The notes below the pieces were generated by a model, which was not told the origin of the DNA, made no database searches, and saw only the letters and a list, made by a program, of their open reading frames with translations. Source: Eledone cirrhosa (Eukaryota). From it: 64,000 nucleotides of DNA. The DNA lies in NCBI GenBank assembly GCA_964016885.1, contig OZ024742.1:361088001-361152000 (forward strand), read 5' to 3'. Made by a program: the position numbers and the translations under genes. Position 1 is the stretch's first letter. Every line of letters begins with the position of its first letter. This document shows, piece by piece, positions 41,401 to 54,880 of this stretch.

Positions 41401-44400
41401 GAATCATTCAGACATCAGACAAAGGCATGGAAATATTATTATATTTTGCCAGAATCCTTCAGACATCAGACAATGGCTATGGAATGTTATTATATTTTGA
41501 CAGAATCCTTCAGACATCAGACAAAGGCCATGGCAATATTATTATATTTTGACAGAATCCTTCAGACATCAGACAAAGGCATGGCAATATTATTATATTT
41601 TGACAGAATCCTTCAGACAAAGGCCATGGCAATATTATTATATTTTGACAGAATCATTCAGACATCAGACAAAGTGTATGGCAATATTATTATATTTTGA
41701 CAGAATCCTTCAGGCATCAGACAAAGGCATGGCAATATTATTATATTTTGATAGAATCATTCAGACATCAGACAAAGTGTATGGCAATATTATTATATTT
41801 TGACAGAATCCTTCAGGCATCAGACAAAGGCATGGCAATATTATTATATTTTGACAGAATCATTCAGACATCAGACAAAGTGTATGGCAATATTATTGTA
41901 TTTTGACAGAATCCTTCAGGCATCAGACAAAGACATGGCAATATTATTATATTTTGACAGAATCCTTCAGACATCAGACAAAGGCATGGCAATATTATTA
42001 TATTATGACAGAATCCTTTAGGCATCAGACAAAGGCTATGGAATATTATTATATTTTGACAGAATCCTTCAGACATCAGACAAAGGCTATGGAATATTAT
42101 TATATTTTGACAGAATCGTTCAGGCATCAGACAAAGGCCATGGCAATATTATTATATTTTGACAGAATCATTCAGACATCAGACAAAGTGTATGGCAATA
42201 TTATTATATTTTGACAGAATCCTTCAGGCATCAGACAAAGGCCATGGCAATATTATTATATTTTGACAGAATCATTCAGACATCAGACAAAGTGTATGGC
42301 AATATTATTATATTTTGACAGAATCCTTCAGGCATCAGACAAAGGCGATGGCAATATTATTATATTTTGACAGAATCATTCAGACATCAGACAAAGGCAT
42401 GGAAATATATTATATTTTGCCAGAATCCTTCAGACATCAGACAAAGGCTATGGAATGTTATTATATTTTGACGGAATCCTTCAGACATCAGACAAAGGCC
42501 ATGGCAATATTATTATATTTTGACAGAATCCTTCAGACATCAGACAAAGGCATGGCAATATTATTATATTTTGACAGAATCCTTCAGACAAAGGCCATGG
42601 CAATATTATTATATTTTGACAGAATCGTTCAGACATCAGACAAAGGCATGGCAATATTATTATATTTTGACAGAATCCTTCAGACATCAGACAAAGGCCA
42701 TGGCAATATTATTATATTTTGACAGAATCCTTCAGACAAAGGCCATGGCAATATTATTATATTTTGACAGAATCCTTCAGACATCAGACAAAGGCTATGG
42801 AATATTATTATATTTTGACAGAATCCTTCAGACATCAGACAAAGGCCATGGCAATATTATTATATTTTGACAGAATCCTTCAGACATCAGACAAAGGCAT
42901 GGCAATATTATTATATTTTGACAGAATCCTTCAGACATCAGACAAAGGCTATGGAATATTATTATACTTTGACAGAATCCTTCAGACATCAGACAAAGGC
43001 CATGGCAATATTATCATATTTTGACAGAATCCTTCAGACAAAGGCCATGGCAATATTATTATATTTTGACAGAATCCTTCAGACAAAGGCCATGGCAATA
43101 TTATTATATTTTGACAGAATCCTTCAGATATCAGACAAAGGCTATGGAATATTATTATATTTTGACAGAATCCTTCAGACAAAGGCCATGGCAATATTAT
43201 TATATTATGACAGAATCCTTCAGGCATCAGACAAAGGCATGGAAATATTATTATATTTTGCCAGAATCCTTCAGACATCAGACAAAGGCTTTGGAATATT
43301 ATTATATTTTGACAGAATCCTTCAGACAAAGGCCATGGCAATATTATTATATTTCGACAGAATCATTCAGACATCAGACAAAGGCATGGAAATATTATTA
43401 TATTTTGCCAGAATCCTTCAGACATCAGACAATGGCTATGGAATGTTATTATATTTTGACAGAATCCTTCAGACATCAGACAAAGGCCATGGCAATATTA
43501 TTATATTTTGACAGAATCCTTCAGACATCAGACAAAGGCATGGCAATATTATTATATTTTGACAGAATCCTTCAGACAAAGGCCATGGCAATATTATTAT
43601 ATTTTGACAGAATCATTCAGACATCAGACAAAGTGTATGGCAATATTATTATATTTTGACAGAATCCTTCAGGCATCAGACAAAGGCATGGCAATATTAT
43701 TATATTTTGATAGAATCATTCAGACATCAGACAAAGTGTATGGCAATATTATTATATTTTGACAGAATCCTTCAGGCATCAGACAAAGGCATGGCAATAT
43801 TATTATATTTTGACAGAATCATTCAGACATCAGACAAAGTGTATGGCAATATTATTGTATTTTGACAGAATCCTTCAGGCATCAGACAAAGACATGGCAA
43901 TATTATTATATTTTGACAGAATCCTTCAGACATCAGACAAAGGCATGGCAATATTATTATATTATGACAGAATCCTTTAGGCATCAGACAAAGGCTATGG
44001 AATATTATTATATTTTGACAGAATCCTTCAGACATCAGACAAAGGCTATGGAATATTATTATATTTTGACAGAATCGTTCAGGCATCAGACAAAGGCCAT
44101 GGCAATATTATTATATTTTGACAGAATCATTCAGACATCAGACAAAGTGTATGGCAATATTATTATATTTTGACAGAATCCTTCAGGCATCAGACAAAGG
44201 CCATGGCAATATTATTATATTTTGACAGAATCATTCAGACATCAGACAAAGTGTATGGCAATATTATTATATTTTGACAGAATCCTTCAGGCATCAGACA
44301 AAGGCGATGGCAATATTATTATATTTTGACAGAATCATTCAGACATCAGACAAAGTGTATGGCAATATTATTGTATTTTGACAGAATCCTTCAGGCATCA

Positions 44401-47400
44401 GACAAAGACATGGCAATATTATTATATTTTGACAGAATCCTTCAGACAAAGGCCATGGCAATATTATTATATTTTGACAGAATCCTTCAGACATCAGACA
44501 AAGGCATGGCAATATTATTATATTATGACAGAATCCTTTAGGCATCAGACAAAGGCTATGGAATATTATTATATTTTGACAGAATCCTTCAGACATCAGA
44601 CAAAGACTATGGCAATATTATTATATTATGACAGAATCCTTTAGGCATCAGACAAAGGCTATGGAATATTATTATATTTTGACAGAATCCTTCAGACATC
44701 AGACAAAGGCCATGGCAATATTATTATATTTTGACAGAATCATTCAGACATCAGACAAAGGCATGGCAATATTATTATATTTTGACAGAATCCTTCAGAC
44801 ATCAGACAAAGGCTATGGAATATTATTATATTTTGACAGAATCCTTCAGACATCAGACAAAAACCATGGCAATATTATTATATTTTGACAGAATCCTTCA
44901 GACATCAGACAAAGGCATGGCAATATTATTATATTTTGACAGAATCCTTCAGACATCAGACAAAGGCATGGCAATATTATTATATTTTGACAGAATCCTT
45001 CAGACAATCGCCATGGCAATATTATTATATTTTGACAGAATCCTTCAGACAAAGGCCATGGCAATATTATTATATTTTGACAGAATCCTTCAGACAAAGG
45101 CCATGGCAATATTATTATATTTTGACGGAATCCTTCAGATATCAGACAAAGGCTATGAAATATTATTATATTTTGACAGAATCCTTCAGACAAAGGCCAT
45201 AGCAATATTATTATATTTTGACAGAATCATTCAGACATCAGACAAAGGCCATGGCAATATTATTATATTTTGACAGAATCCTTCAGACATCAGACAAAGG
45301 CCATGGCAATATTATTATATTTTGACAGAATCCTTCAGACATCAAAGACCATGGCAATATTATTATATTTTGACAGAATCCTTCAGATATCAGACAAAGG
45401 CTATGGAATATTATTATATTTTGACAGAATCCTTTAGACAAAGGCCATGGCAATATTATTATATTTTGACAGAATCATTCAGACATCAAAGACCATGGCA
45501 ATATTATTATATTTTGACAGAATCCTTCAGATATCGGACAAAGGCTATGGAATATTATTATATTTTGACAGAATCCTTCAGACAAAGGCCATAGCAATAT
45601 TATTATATTATGACAGAATCCTTTAGGCATCAGACAAACGCTATGGAATATTATTATATTTTGACAGAATCCTTCAGACATCAGACAAAGGCATGGAAAT
45701 ATTATTATATTTTGCCAGAATCCATCAGACATCAGACAAAGGCTATGGAATATTATTATATTTTGACAGAATCCTTCAGACAAAGGCCATGGCAATATTA
45801 TTATATTTTGACGGAATCCTTCAGATATCAGACAAAGGCTATGGAATATTATTATATTTTGACAGAATCCTTTAGACAAAGGCCATGGCAATATTATTAT
45901 ATTTTGACAGAATCATTCAGACATCAGAGAAAGGCCATGGCAATATTATTATATTTTGACAGAATCCTTCAGACATCAGACAAAGGCCATGGCAATATTA
46001 TTATATTTTGACAGAATCCTTCAGACATCAAAGACCATGGCAATATTATTATATTTTGACAGAATCCTTCAGATATCAGACAAAGGCTATGGAATATTAT
46101 TATATTTTGACAGAATCCTTCAGACAAAGGCCATGGCAATATTATTATATTTTGACAGAATCATTCAGGCATCAGACAAAGGCATGGCAATATTATTATA
46201 TTTTTATAGAATCATTCAGACATCAGACAAAGTGTATGGCAATATTATTATATTTTTACAGAATCCTTCAGACATCAGACAAAGGCCATGGCAATATTAT
46301 TATATTTTGACAGAATCCTTCAGACATCAAAGACCATGTCAATATTATTATATTTTGACAGAATCCTTCAGATATCAGACAAAGGCTATGGAATATTATT
46401 ATATTTTGACAGAATCATTCAGACAAAGGCCATAGCAATATTATTATATTATGACAGAATCCTTTAGGCATCAGACAAAGGCTATGGAATATTATTATAC
46501 TTTGACAGAATCCTTCAGACACCAGACAAAGGCATGGAAATATTATTATATTTTGCCAGAATCCTTCAGACATCAGACAAAGGCTATGGAATATTATTAT
46601 ATTTTGACAGAATCCTTCAGACAAAGGCCATGGCAATATTATTATATTTTGACAGAATCATTCAGACATCAGACAAAGGCATGGAAATATATTATATTTT
46701 GCCAGAATCCTTCAGACATCAGACAAAGGCTATGGAATGTTATTATATTTTGACAGAATCCTTCAGACATCAGACAAAGGCCATGGCAATATTATTATAT
46801 TTTGACAGAATCCTTCAGACATCAGACAAAGGCATGGCAATATTATTATATTTTGACAGAATCCTTCAGACAAAGGCCATGGCAATATTATTATATTTTG
46901 ACAGAATCGTTCAGACATCAGACAAAGGCATGGCAATATTATTATATTTTGACAGAATCCTTCAGACATCAGACAAAGGCCATGGCAATATTATTATATT
47001 TTGACAGAATCCTTCAGACATCAGACAAAGGCTATGGAATATTATTATATTTTGACAGAATCCTTCAGACATCAGACAAAGGCATGGCAATATTATTATA
47101 TTTTGACAGAATCCTTCAGACATCAGACAAAGGCTATGGAATATTATTATACTTTGACAGAATCCTTCAGACATCAGACAAAGGCCATGGCAATATTATC
47201 ATATTTTGACAGAATCCTTCAGACAAAGGCCATGGCAATATTATTATATTTTGACAGAATCCTTCAGACAAAGGCCATGGCAATATTATTATATTTTGAC
47301 AGAATCCTTCAGATATCAGACAAAGGCTATGGAATATTATTATATTTTGACAGAATCCTTCAGACAAAGGCCATGGCAATATTATTATATTATGACAGAA

Positions 47401-50400
47401 TCCTTTAGGCATCAGACAAAGGCATGGAAATATTATTATATCTTGCCAGAATCCTTCAGACATCAGACAAAGGCTTTGGAATATTATTATATTTTGACAG
47501 AATCCTTCAGACAAAGGCCATGGCAATATTATTATATTTTGACAGAATCATTCAGACATCAGACAAAGGCATGGAAATATTATTATATTTTGCCAGAATC
47601 CTTCAGACATCAGACAAAGGCTATGGAATGTTATTATATTTTGACAGAATCCTTCAGACATCAGACAAAGGCCATGGCAATATTATTATATTTTGACAGA
47701 ATCCTTCAGACATCAGACAAAGGCATGGCAATATTATTATATTTTGACAGAATCCTTCAGACAAAGGCCATGGCAATATTATTATATTTTGACAGAATCA
47801 TTCAGACATCAGACAAAGTGTATGGCAATATTATTATATTTTGACAGAATCCTTCAGGCATCAGACAAAGGCATGGCAATATTATCATATTTTGATAGAA
47901 TCATTCAGACATCAGACAAAGTGTATGGCAATATTATTATATTTTGACAGAATCCTTCAGGCATCAGACAAAGGCATGGCAATATTATTATATTTTGACA
48001 GAATCATTCAGACATCAGACAAAGTGTATGGCAATATTATTATATTTTGACAGAATCCTTTAGGCATCAGCCAAAGGCCATGGCAATATTATTATATTTT
48101 GACAGAATCATTCAGACATCAGACAAAGTGTATGGCAATATTATTATATTTTGACAGAATCCTTCAGGCATCAGACAAAGGCATGGCAATATTATTATAT
48201 TTTGACAGAATCCTTCAGACAAAGGCCATGGCAATATTATTATATTTTGACAGAATCCTTCAGACATCAGACAAAGACTATGGCAATATTATTATATTAT
48301 GACAGAATCCTTTAGGCATCAGACAAAGGCTATGGAATATTATTATATTTTGACAGAATCCTTCAGACATCAGACAAAGGCCATGGCAATATTATTATAT
48401 TTTGACAGAATCATTCAGACATCAGACAAAGGCATGGCAATATTATTATATTTTGACAGAATCCTTCAGACATCAGACAAAGGCTATGGAATATTATTAT
48501 ATTTTGACAGAATCCTTCAGACATCAGACAAAGGCCATGGCAATATTATTATATTTTGACAGAATCCTTCAGACATCAGACAAAGGCATGGCAATATTAT
48601 TATATTTTGACAGAATCCTTCAGACATCAGACAAAGGCATGGCAATATTATTATATTTTGACAGAATCCTTCAGACAATCGCCATGGCAATATTATTATA
48701 TTTTGACAGAATCCTTCAGACAAAGGCCATGGCAATATTATTATATTTTGACAGAATCCTTCAGACAAAGGCCATGGCAATATTATTATATTTTGACGGA
48801 ATCCTTCAGATATCAGACAAAGGCTATGGAATATTATTATATTTTGACAGAATCCTTCAGACAAAGGCCATAGCAATATTATTATTTTTTGACAGAATCA
48901 TTCAGACATCAGACAAAGGCCATGGCAATATTATTATATTTTGACAGAATCCTTCAGACATCAGACAAAGGCCATGGCAATATTATTATATTTTGACAGA
49001 ATCCTTCAGACATCAAAGACCATGGCAATATTATTATATTTTGACAGAATCCTTCAGATATCAGACAAAGGCTATGGAATATTATTATATTTTGACAGAA
49101 ACCTTTAGACAAAGGCCATGGCAATATTATTATATTTTGACAGAATCATTCAGACATCAGACAAAGTGTATGGCAATATTATTATATTTTGACAGAATCC
49201 TTCAGGCATCAGACAAAGGCCATGGCAATATTATTATATTTTGACAGAATCCTTCAGGCATCAGACAAAGGCCATGGCAATATTATTATATTTTGACAGA
49301 ATCCTTCAGACATCAAAGACCATGGCAATATTATTATATTTTGACAGAATCCTTCAGATATCAGACAAAGGCTATGGAATATTATTATATTTTGACAGAA
49401 TCCTTCAGACAAAGGCCATAGCAATATTATTATATTATGACAGAATCCTTTAGGCATCAGACAAACGCTATGGAATATTATTATATTTTGACAGAATCCT
49501 TCAGACATCAGACAAAGGCATGGAAATATTATTATATTTTGCCAGAATCCTTCAGACATCAGACAAAGGCTATGGAATATTATTATATTTTGACAGAATC
49601 CTTCAGACAAAGGCCATGGCAATATTATTATATTTTGACAGAATCATTCAGACATCAGACAAAGTGTATGGCAATATTATTATATTTTGACAGAATCCTT
49701 CAGACATCAGACAAAGGCCATGGCAATATTATTATATTTTGACAGAATCCTTCAGACATCAGACAAAGGCATGGCAATATTATTATATTTTGACAGAATC
49801 CTTCAGAGAAAGGCCATGGCAATATTATTATATTTTGACAGAATCGTTCAGACATCAGACAAAGGCATGGCAATATTATTACATTTTGACAGAATCCTTC
49901 AGACATCAGACAAAGGCCATGGCAATATTATTATATTTTGACAGAATCCTTCAGACAAAGACCATGGCAATATTATTATATTTTGACAGAATCCTTCAGA
50001 CATCAGACAAAGGCTATGGAATATTATTATATTTTGACAGAATCCTTCAGACATCAGACAAAGGCCATGGCAATATTATTATATTTTGACAGAATCCTTC
50101 AGACATCAGACAAAGGCATGGCAATATTATTATATTTTGACAGAATCCTTCAGACATCAGACAAAGGCTATGGAATATTATTATACTTTGACAGAATCCT
50201 TCAGACATCAGACAAAGGCCATAGCAATATTATCATATTTTTACAGAATCCTTCAGACAAAGGCCATGGCAATATTATTATATTTTGACAGAATCCTTCA
50301 GACAAAGGCCATGGCAATATTATTATATTTTGACAGAATCCTTCAGATATCAGACAAAGGCTATGGAATATTATTATATTTTGACAGAATCCTTCAGACA

Positions 50401-50854
50401 AAGGCCATGGCAATATTATTATATTTTGACAGAATCATTCAGACATCAGACAAAGGCCATGGCAATATTATTATATTTTGACAGAATCCTCCAGACATCA
50501 GACAAAGGCCATGGCAATATTATTATATTTTGACAGAATTCTTCAGACATCAAAGACCATGGCAATATTATTATATTTTGACAGAATCGTTCAGACAAAG
50601 GCCATGGCAATATTATTATATTTTGACAGAATCGTTCAGACATCAGACAAAGGCTATGGAATATTATTATACTTTGACAGAATTCTTCAGACATCAAAGA
50701 CCATGGCAATATTATTATATTTTGACAGAATCCTTCAGATATCAGACAAAGGCTATGGAATATTATTATATTTTGACAGAATCCTTCAGACAAAGGCCAT
50801 GGCAATATTATTATATTTTGACAGAATCCTTCAGATATCAGACAAAGGCCATGG
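11461..50854 (+). repeat. 39.4-kb satellite; 52-bp consensus ATTATTATATTTTGACAGAATCCTTCAGACATCAGACAAAGGCCATGGCAAT with 51, 48 and 45-bp variants (roughly 790 monomers, estimated from length)
   Basis: Uninterrupted head-to-tail monomers in one orientation; variants GGCATGG (51), CATCAAAGACC (48), loss of a 7-bp CATCAGA (45). Confidence 0.98.
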
Positions 50855-51025
50855 TGATAGTAATAGCTCTTTACATTCTGTATTTAAATAGCATTAATGT
50901 CAACTGTGCTTTTCATATTTCCAAGGTCAATAAACTAAAGGACCAATCAAGGACTGGGTTTGTAATAATCAACATTCCCCTCCTCACAAATTTCTAGTCT
51001 GCTACTAATGTTAGAAATCATTATT
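50855..51025 (+). mobile_element. Degenerate body and tail of a family B SINE, continuous with the last satellite monomer
   Basis: GCTCTTTACATTCTG..TCAACTGTGCTTTTCAT..GGTCAATAAACTAAAGGACCA..TTAGAAATCATTAT aligns with family B copies. Confidence 0.75.
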
Positions 51026-51030
51026 TAACT

Positions 51031-51400
51031 GATTGGCAGTATCGGTAGAGGGTCGGACGCCATGCTTTCCAGCGTAGTTACGTCCCTTTACGATCTCAGT
51101 TCAAATCCTGCCGAGGTTGACTTTGCCTTTCATCCTTACGGGGTCGATAAAATAAAGTACCAGTAATGCACTGGGTAATTGCTGGCCTTGTGCCTAAAGT
51201 AGAAACAATTATTTAACTGAAAGTTCAGTATGGTATTTAGTTACAGACCTTTACATTCAAATTCTGCAATAGTCAAACTGACCTTTTATCTTCTCGGTTT
51301 CAATAAAATATAATGCTATTGTGATAATGGAGTAAGTTTAATAAGCAAACCCTTCCCCTCCAAATTTCTAGCCTTGTGTTTATTTGAGAAACAATAATTA
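51031..51400 (+). mobile_element. Two tandem family B SINEs (51031-51212 well preserved, 51220-51400 degenerate)
   Basis: TTGGCAGTATCGGTAGAGGGTCGGAC, CAGTTCAAATCCTGCC, central domain and GTAGAAACAATT end. Confidence 0.85.
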
Positions 51401-51886
51401 TTATGATTATATGAAGTTAATATTCCCAATTGTTCCTTCTATCTAAGCTTGTGATCTTGTGTCTGTGGTAAATATCATATTTTCATTTCTTGGCTCATAT
51501 CAAATGACAGTAATGAGACTGCATAGAATCCTATTTTCCTATGTCTGTATCCAACTTTTCTTAGCTAGTAAAGCCACATACTTCTCAGATTGTCAATGGT
51601 GTCAGGATAAGTAGCTGGGTTATACTTAACATCAATATTTACTATTTTTAATATAACACAGTTGGAGATATTACATAATTTGTAATAAATTTGTGATTGT
51701 ATCTTTAATTTAGCAGCTATGTTCTGACTGGATGTACTTCTTAACTTTAACTATAAGCAGAAGTACAGGAGTTGTTTAATGTATCATTAATAGTAAAGAA
51801 ACAATATCACAGAATTCTAAGCCCTGTTTACTTTGTTTGATCTAAAGTTTCTGAAATCGGTAGGGTTGTCTATTTTGCTATTTAAC

Positions 51887-52193
51887 TCTAGAGCCGCTAC
51901 TTCTGCAAATTGAGAGATCACAGCTCTGATACTATGGGAATGTGGTTAGAATGTCTCAGGAAAGAATCACTGGTCAGATGTTAAGGGCAAAATCAACTGG
52001 TAGGAGACCCAGGGGTAGATACTGAGCAAATTGTTTGGATAACATCCATGATCTTGGCTGGTTTCACTTGGGGATTCAGTCAGATCAGTTGGAGATGGTT
52101 GCTTCTGACAGGACCCGCTGGAAGAAGTGTTTGGGGACACCTGTTCCAGGACCCTCTCAGGAATAAGTGAGCAAAGAAGAAGAAGAAGAAGAA
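51887..52193 (+). mobile_element. RTE (Expander/Rex3-like) LINE 3' end with (GAA)n tail, decayed
   Basis: Translates LEPLLLQIERSQL*YYGNVVRMSQERI...GRRPRGR...DLGWFHLGI...VASDRTRW. Confidence 0.75.
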
Positions 52194-52261
52194 TCTATGG
52201 AGGAAGGCATAATGTTCATGATCATTACTCTAACAACTCTGCCAATTTACATAATAATCGC

Positions 52262-52430
52262 CTGTGGAGACATCTGGTGTCCTTCTCCCTAGGACGATAT
52301 CCCTACTCATCGGTATCGGCATGGAGTTAGCAACCCACATGTGTGAGCCTCGTGAGCTGGAATGGCTCTTCCAATGCCTCTACCTCACCATCCTTTGGGG
52401 AAATACCTTCTCTATTCTGTCCACTGGGGC
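52262..52430 (+). mobile_element. CRE-like non-LTR retrotransposon C-terminal (RLE) remnant
   Basis: VETSGVL.PRT...EPRELEWLFQCLYLTILWGNTFSILST resembles the VETxG...FLxQRxSxAIQRGN ending of CRE-type ORFs. Confidence 0.55.
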
Positions 52431-52974
52431 TGCGGTGTGGCCAGCCCGTGTGCCTCCATTTGCTTATAATAGTGAGAGACGAAAAGAGAGAGATGGAGGT
52501 AATGACTATACCAGCATTGCTGAAGTATTTTGTAGAGTTAAAGGTTAAGTGATTTTGCCATATCTATAATATTAGGAAAGACTGATAAACAAATGTGTGT
52601 ATTTCTTTTCTTTCCATATTTTTCTCTTTTCTCTATTATTTTTCTATTTTCTCCCATCATTGAGACCACTGGCAGTATGTACCCAGCTTCCAACACCAAA
52701 TTTAAGTTAGAAAAGCTACTGGCATCAATAGATTTGTTTTTCTTGTCTGTCTCAAAATGTTGATTATAATGTCTCATGTCTGATTTTCGTTTTTAATATC
52801 ATAATTCTTAAAGATGTCATAAATTTCAAATCTGATGAGATTAAATTCAAAATATGGCACCATTTATTGGTTGATAACAATACAGAAGATGCTAGAGTTG
52901 TCAGAAGACTTAAATAAATAATGATAAACAACAACAAAAGCCATTAATGTTATTTAGCCCCTGGTCAACTCAGA

Positions 52975-53135
52975 GTGATTGGCAGTGAATTAGTAGAGTC
53001 ATTAGAACGTCAGAAAGAATGCTTTATGGTATTTGTTCTGGCTCTCTGAGTTCAAATCCTGCTGAGGTCGACTTTGCACTTCATTTTTCGAGGTTGATAA
53101 AAAAGTACCAGTCTAATACTGGGATCGATTCTTCC
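52975..53135 (+). mobile_element. SINE family B
   Basis: GAGTTCAAATCCTGCTGAGGTCGACTTTGC..GATAAAAAAGTACCAG. Confidence 0.8.
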
Positions 53136-53679
53136 ACTACATATCTTTCTCATTTCCTTTCTCTCACTTTCTATCTTTCTCTGGAAGATATTTGCTGTAC
53201 TCAGGCCAGGACATCATGGGCTCGGCCAGGCTATAACAAATGCCCAACAAACGTTGTATGTCAATATGACTACCAGGAGTTACAGAACCATACATATAAC
53301 TCAGTGTGAGTAAACCCATGTTGAAAACAGAGTGTGATTTCAATGAGAATAGGCTGCTATTTCTAGCAGGCTAAACTGCCACATAGATGCTCCCTTCTTT
53401 GTCTGGCCTGCATTAATATGACTGATTGTGATTTGAGAGTATAGGCTACATTTCCTACCAGGATAAACTGCCACATACATGCTCCCTGGTTTGGTCAAAT
53501 ATATTAATGTCTGCGTTGTCCATTGACAACAAAATGGTTCTCTTTGCAAGAAAGGCTGGCTGTATATTACTGGCATGTGAAGTACTTTGTTGCAAGAAAG
53601 TGACACATAGGCAGAAATAAATACAGAGGATAGGAAAAGGCTGGAGAAGAAATGAGGTGAGCAAGCTTCAATAGATGTG

Positions 53680-54845
53680 TGATTATTTGCCATCTTTTCA
53701 ACAACAACCCTGAGCACCTTTTTTAATTCCATATGTCTAACACCAATGGACATGCTTACAAAATCCAATAAACAACACCACCAATCATTCACACCAGGCA
53801 TAAAGTAAATTCAAATACAAGCTATCTATTTAAAGCTATATATAGCTTGGTGCATCCACACTTAAAAATTGCATTACCAGTTTGCAACCCCTATCTTGCT
53901 TAGAATATTGATCTCCTGGAAATTGTTCAGAGATGTCTAACATTGGAGACCCAAGAAGACCTGGGATGAGGTGATAAAAGCCGACCTTACCCAATTACGC
54001 CTCTCAAAGGCGATGACACACGACCGTGACTTCTGGCGTCATGCAGTAATACAGAGTACCCGGCCCCCCATGGGTACAAGCTGAAGCATATAGACAATAT
54101 GCCCCCACAACCTCCCACTGCAAGGTGGTCGTGGAGGTGCCACGGCAAAAAAGCACCCAGCCCACACTGTAAAGTGGACGTGTAGGCGTCACGGAAAAAG
54201 CACCCACCACTCACTGTAAATGAGGTTGGTGTTAGGAAGAGCATCCAGCTGTAGAAATCAAGCCAAAATCAGTTCCTGTATGAGCAAGACATGGTCAGTC
54301 GACCAGACACTGCCCACGACAGGACAACCTGTCTAACCCATGCTAGCATGGAAGAACGGACGTAAAACGGTGATGGTGATGATGATGATGATGATGTGCA
54401 ACCAAATAAATATACTCCATCAGGCATCTACCATACTCTGAATGCCTTGCTTCCCAGGACATGGATAAATTAAAGCTCCAATGTCTGGTAACTGACACCC
54501 ACAAGATTATTAACCATCTTTCCAACAACAAACCTGGGCTCTTTTTTGAATTCCATGTGTCAAACACCCATGGACATGTTTACAAAATCAGAAAACAGCA
54601 CCGCTCCCAAAACTTTCGGAAACATTTTTTCATGCTCGGAGTTGCTGAAGCATGGAACAAACTACTTGCATCAGTTGTTAACTGTCAGGACACAGCATCC
54701 TTCAAAACTTCCATGCTTCACAAAATTCACCAACACTACACCTGATATCCCCCCTCCATGCACACGCACACACGTATATCATGACTCGTACACTCTTCAC
54801 TTTCCTGATATTTGTACATTATTCTATGTACTATACATGCAGCTT
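53680..54845 (+). mobile_element. CR1-like LINE 3' end, split by an RTE-B insertion
   Basis: Matches the reverse complement of 2930-3180; HGHVYKIRKQ..FRKHFF..VAEAWNKL..VV C-terminus. Confidence 0.8.
53937..54392 (+). mobile_element. RTE family B 3' end nested in CR1 with GATGT target duplication
   Basis: RPKKTWDEVIKADLTQLRLSKAMTHDRDFWRHAV; GATGT at 53932-53936 and 54393-54397. Confidence 0.85.
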
Positions 54846-54880
54846 TGATGATTTTCATTATTATTATTAGTATGTTAATG

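Noticed and set aside
11461-50854. CRISPR-like array
   Set aside because: No unique spacers and no cas genes; the variable part is a few alleles of one sequence; eukaryotic context.
11461-50854. Splice-acceptor-like TTTTGACAG in each monomer and donor-like GTATGG in one variant (micro-exon array idea)
   Set aside because: No host gene or transcript evidence, a weak pyrimidine tract, and such motifs are expected by chance in AT-rich repeats.
11461-50997. Hundreds of repetitive ORFs (MTESFRHQTK.., AILLYFDRILQT.., up to 441 aa)
   Set aside because: They arise because 45/48/51-bp monomers keep frame, while 52-bp monomers shift frame into a TGA. They overlap in several frames on both strands, and the monomer looks SINE-derived.
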